Both the position numbers and the translations under genes were made by a program. 64,000 nucleotides of DNA from Octopus vulgaris (lineage: Eukaryota): assembly GCA_951406725.2 (NCBI GenBank), contig OX597826.1, forward strand, positions 18,724,001 through 18,788,000, given 5' to 3'. Below are positions 62,941 through 64,000 of the stretch, piece after piece (the stretch's first letter is position 1; the number at the start of each line of letters is the position of its first letter). Below the pieces are notes generated by a model. The model saw only the letters and a program-made list of their open reading frames with translations. It was not told the DNA's origin and searched no databases.

Positions 62941-63874
62941 TAATGAGCAGAGTATATATTTTTATGAGCTACAGAACAGTATAATATATATATATGTATA
63001 CATGAATGTATATATACTGGAGTAAGCACATAAATGTGAAACAAGGTGGAAAAAAGAGTACTCAAATACTCAAATATGCTTTATTAAAAGCAGTAGAAAT
63101 ATCACAAAACCTGTTACTCAGAGTAACATGTTCCTGTTCGTCGAGAGCAATGTGAGGTGGAGTGTTTTGCTCAAGAACACAATGCATCACCCAATCCAGG
63201 AATGGAAACTGTGATCTCACAATCATGAGTGCAACAGAATAACGACTAGGCTATGTATCCTCACACACATACACAATGTAAATATCTATGTGTGCATGTA
63301 TGCACATATCACTCTCATCCTCTTCATCATTTTTTCCATGCTTGCATTGATTGAACGGAGTATTTTGAGGGAAGAATTTCTCTGCCTAGATGCCCTTCCT
63401 GTCACCATCTGTCACCTGGATCCAAGCAGGTTATTATTTCTCCATGGCAGATTTTTTTTGCTGAATATTACAAACAAAGACAACATTTGTATGATAATGA
63501 CACTCATATACAATTATCACATGATGTCAAGAAAAGGAGGCACAAGTACACACACACGCACACACACCCATGCATTTATATATTTATATCTAAGTATAAA
63601 AAACAACATTCAGCAACAATAATAATTTATCAGCATCAAAGGTTGTAGGATTTGCTCATATTGAAGTTTGGTAAGCTGAAAAAAACCCACAGTTAGTATC
63701 TAGGATTGCTATGAATGTGAATTGAAGGAATGTGAACAGGTAACATCCAGGCTAACTATGTACTCAGCTAACTACTCATCAGGCCAAAGAAACCATAGAT
63801 ATATAAAGGTTACACACATACACATATACACATATACACATATATACGCACACATGTGTGTGTGTGTCAGTGGG

Positions 63875-64000
63875 TACAATAAGCTTCTTTCAGTAACTGT
63901 CTACTAGATCCACTTGCTAAGTTTTGGTTGACCCAGGGCCATAGTAGACTGACTCAAGGACTGAATGACAGAACGGTTGAACCTGAAGCCATGTGATTGG
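63875..64000 (-). mobile_element. SINE family A 5' module, degenerate, cut by the window edge
   Basis: gcttctttcagt..ctgtctac...atccac...ttttggttgaccc...atagtaga. Confidence 0.65.

Overview
This is eukaryotic, AT-rich, microsatellite-dense non-coding DNA. The SINE families and repeat landscape look like an octopus (coleoid cephalopod) genome; that assignment is an inference from repeat content. I find no intact host gene, rRNA, true tRNA or CRISPR array, only weak orphan exon candidates. The window is a set of nested, degraded mobile elements: a CR1-group LINE, three Tx1 (L1-group) copies, RTE copies, Dong/R4-type and other restriction-like-endonuclease (RLE) LINE pieces, several Penelope-like elements with hammerhead-like motifs, a Ty3/Gypsy-like internal region, three mariner and three maT/Tc1-like copies, a hAT fragment, a piggyBac-type MITE, a fold-back element and at least four tRNA-derived SINE architectures. 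Three patterns stand out. (1) A Penelope terminal repeat contains a tRNA-like Pol III head upstream of a hammerhead core, and a second copy lacking ORF sequence starts at the tRNA-like 5' end. (2) Different non-LTR lineages each sit in their own microsatellite: Tx1 in (TATC)n, Dong in (TAA)n, an RLE in (CATA)n, an RTE in (TATG)n. (3) LINE-SINE 3'-tail sharing and SINE module swapping are visible within the window. All translations and alignments were done by eye, boundaries are approximate, and novelty cannot be established without a Repbase/Dfam/literature search.
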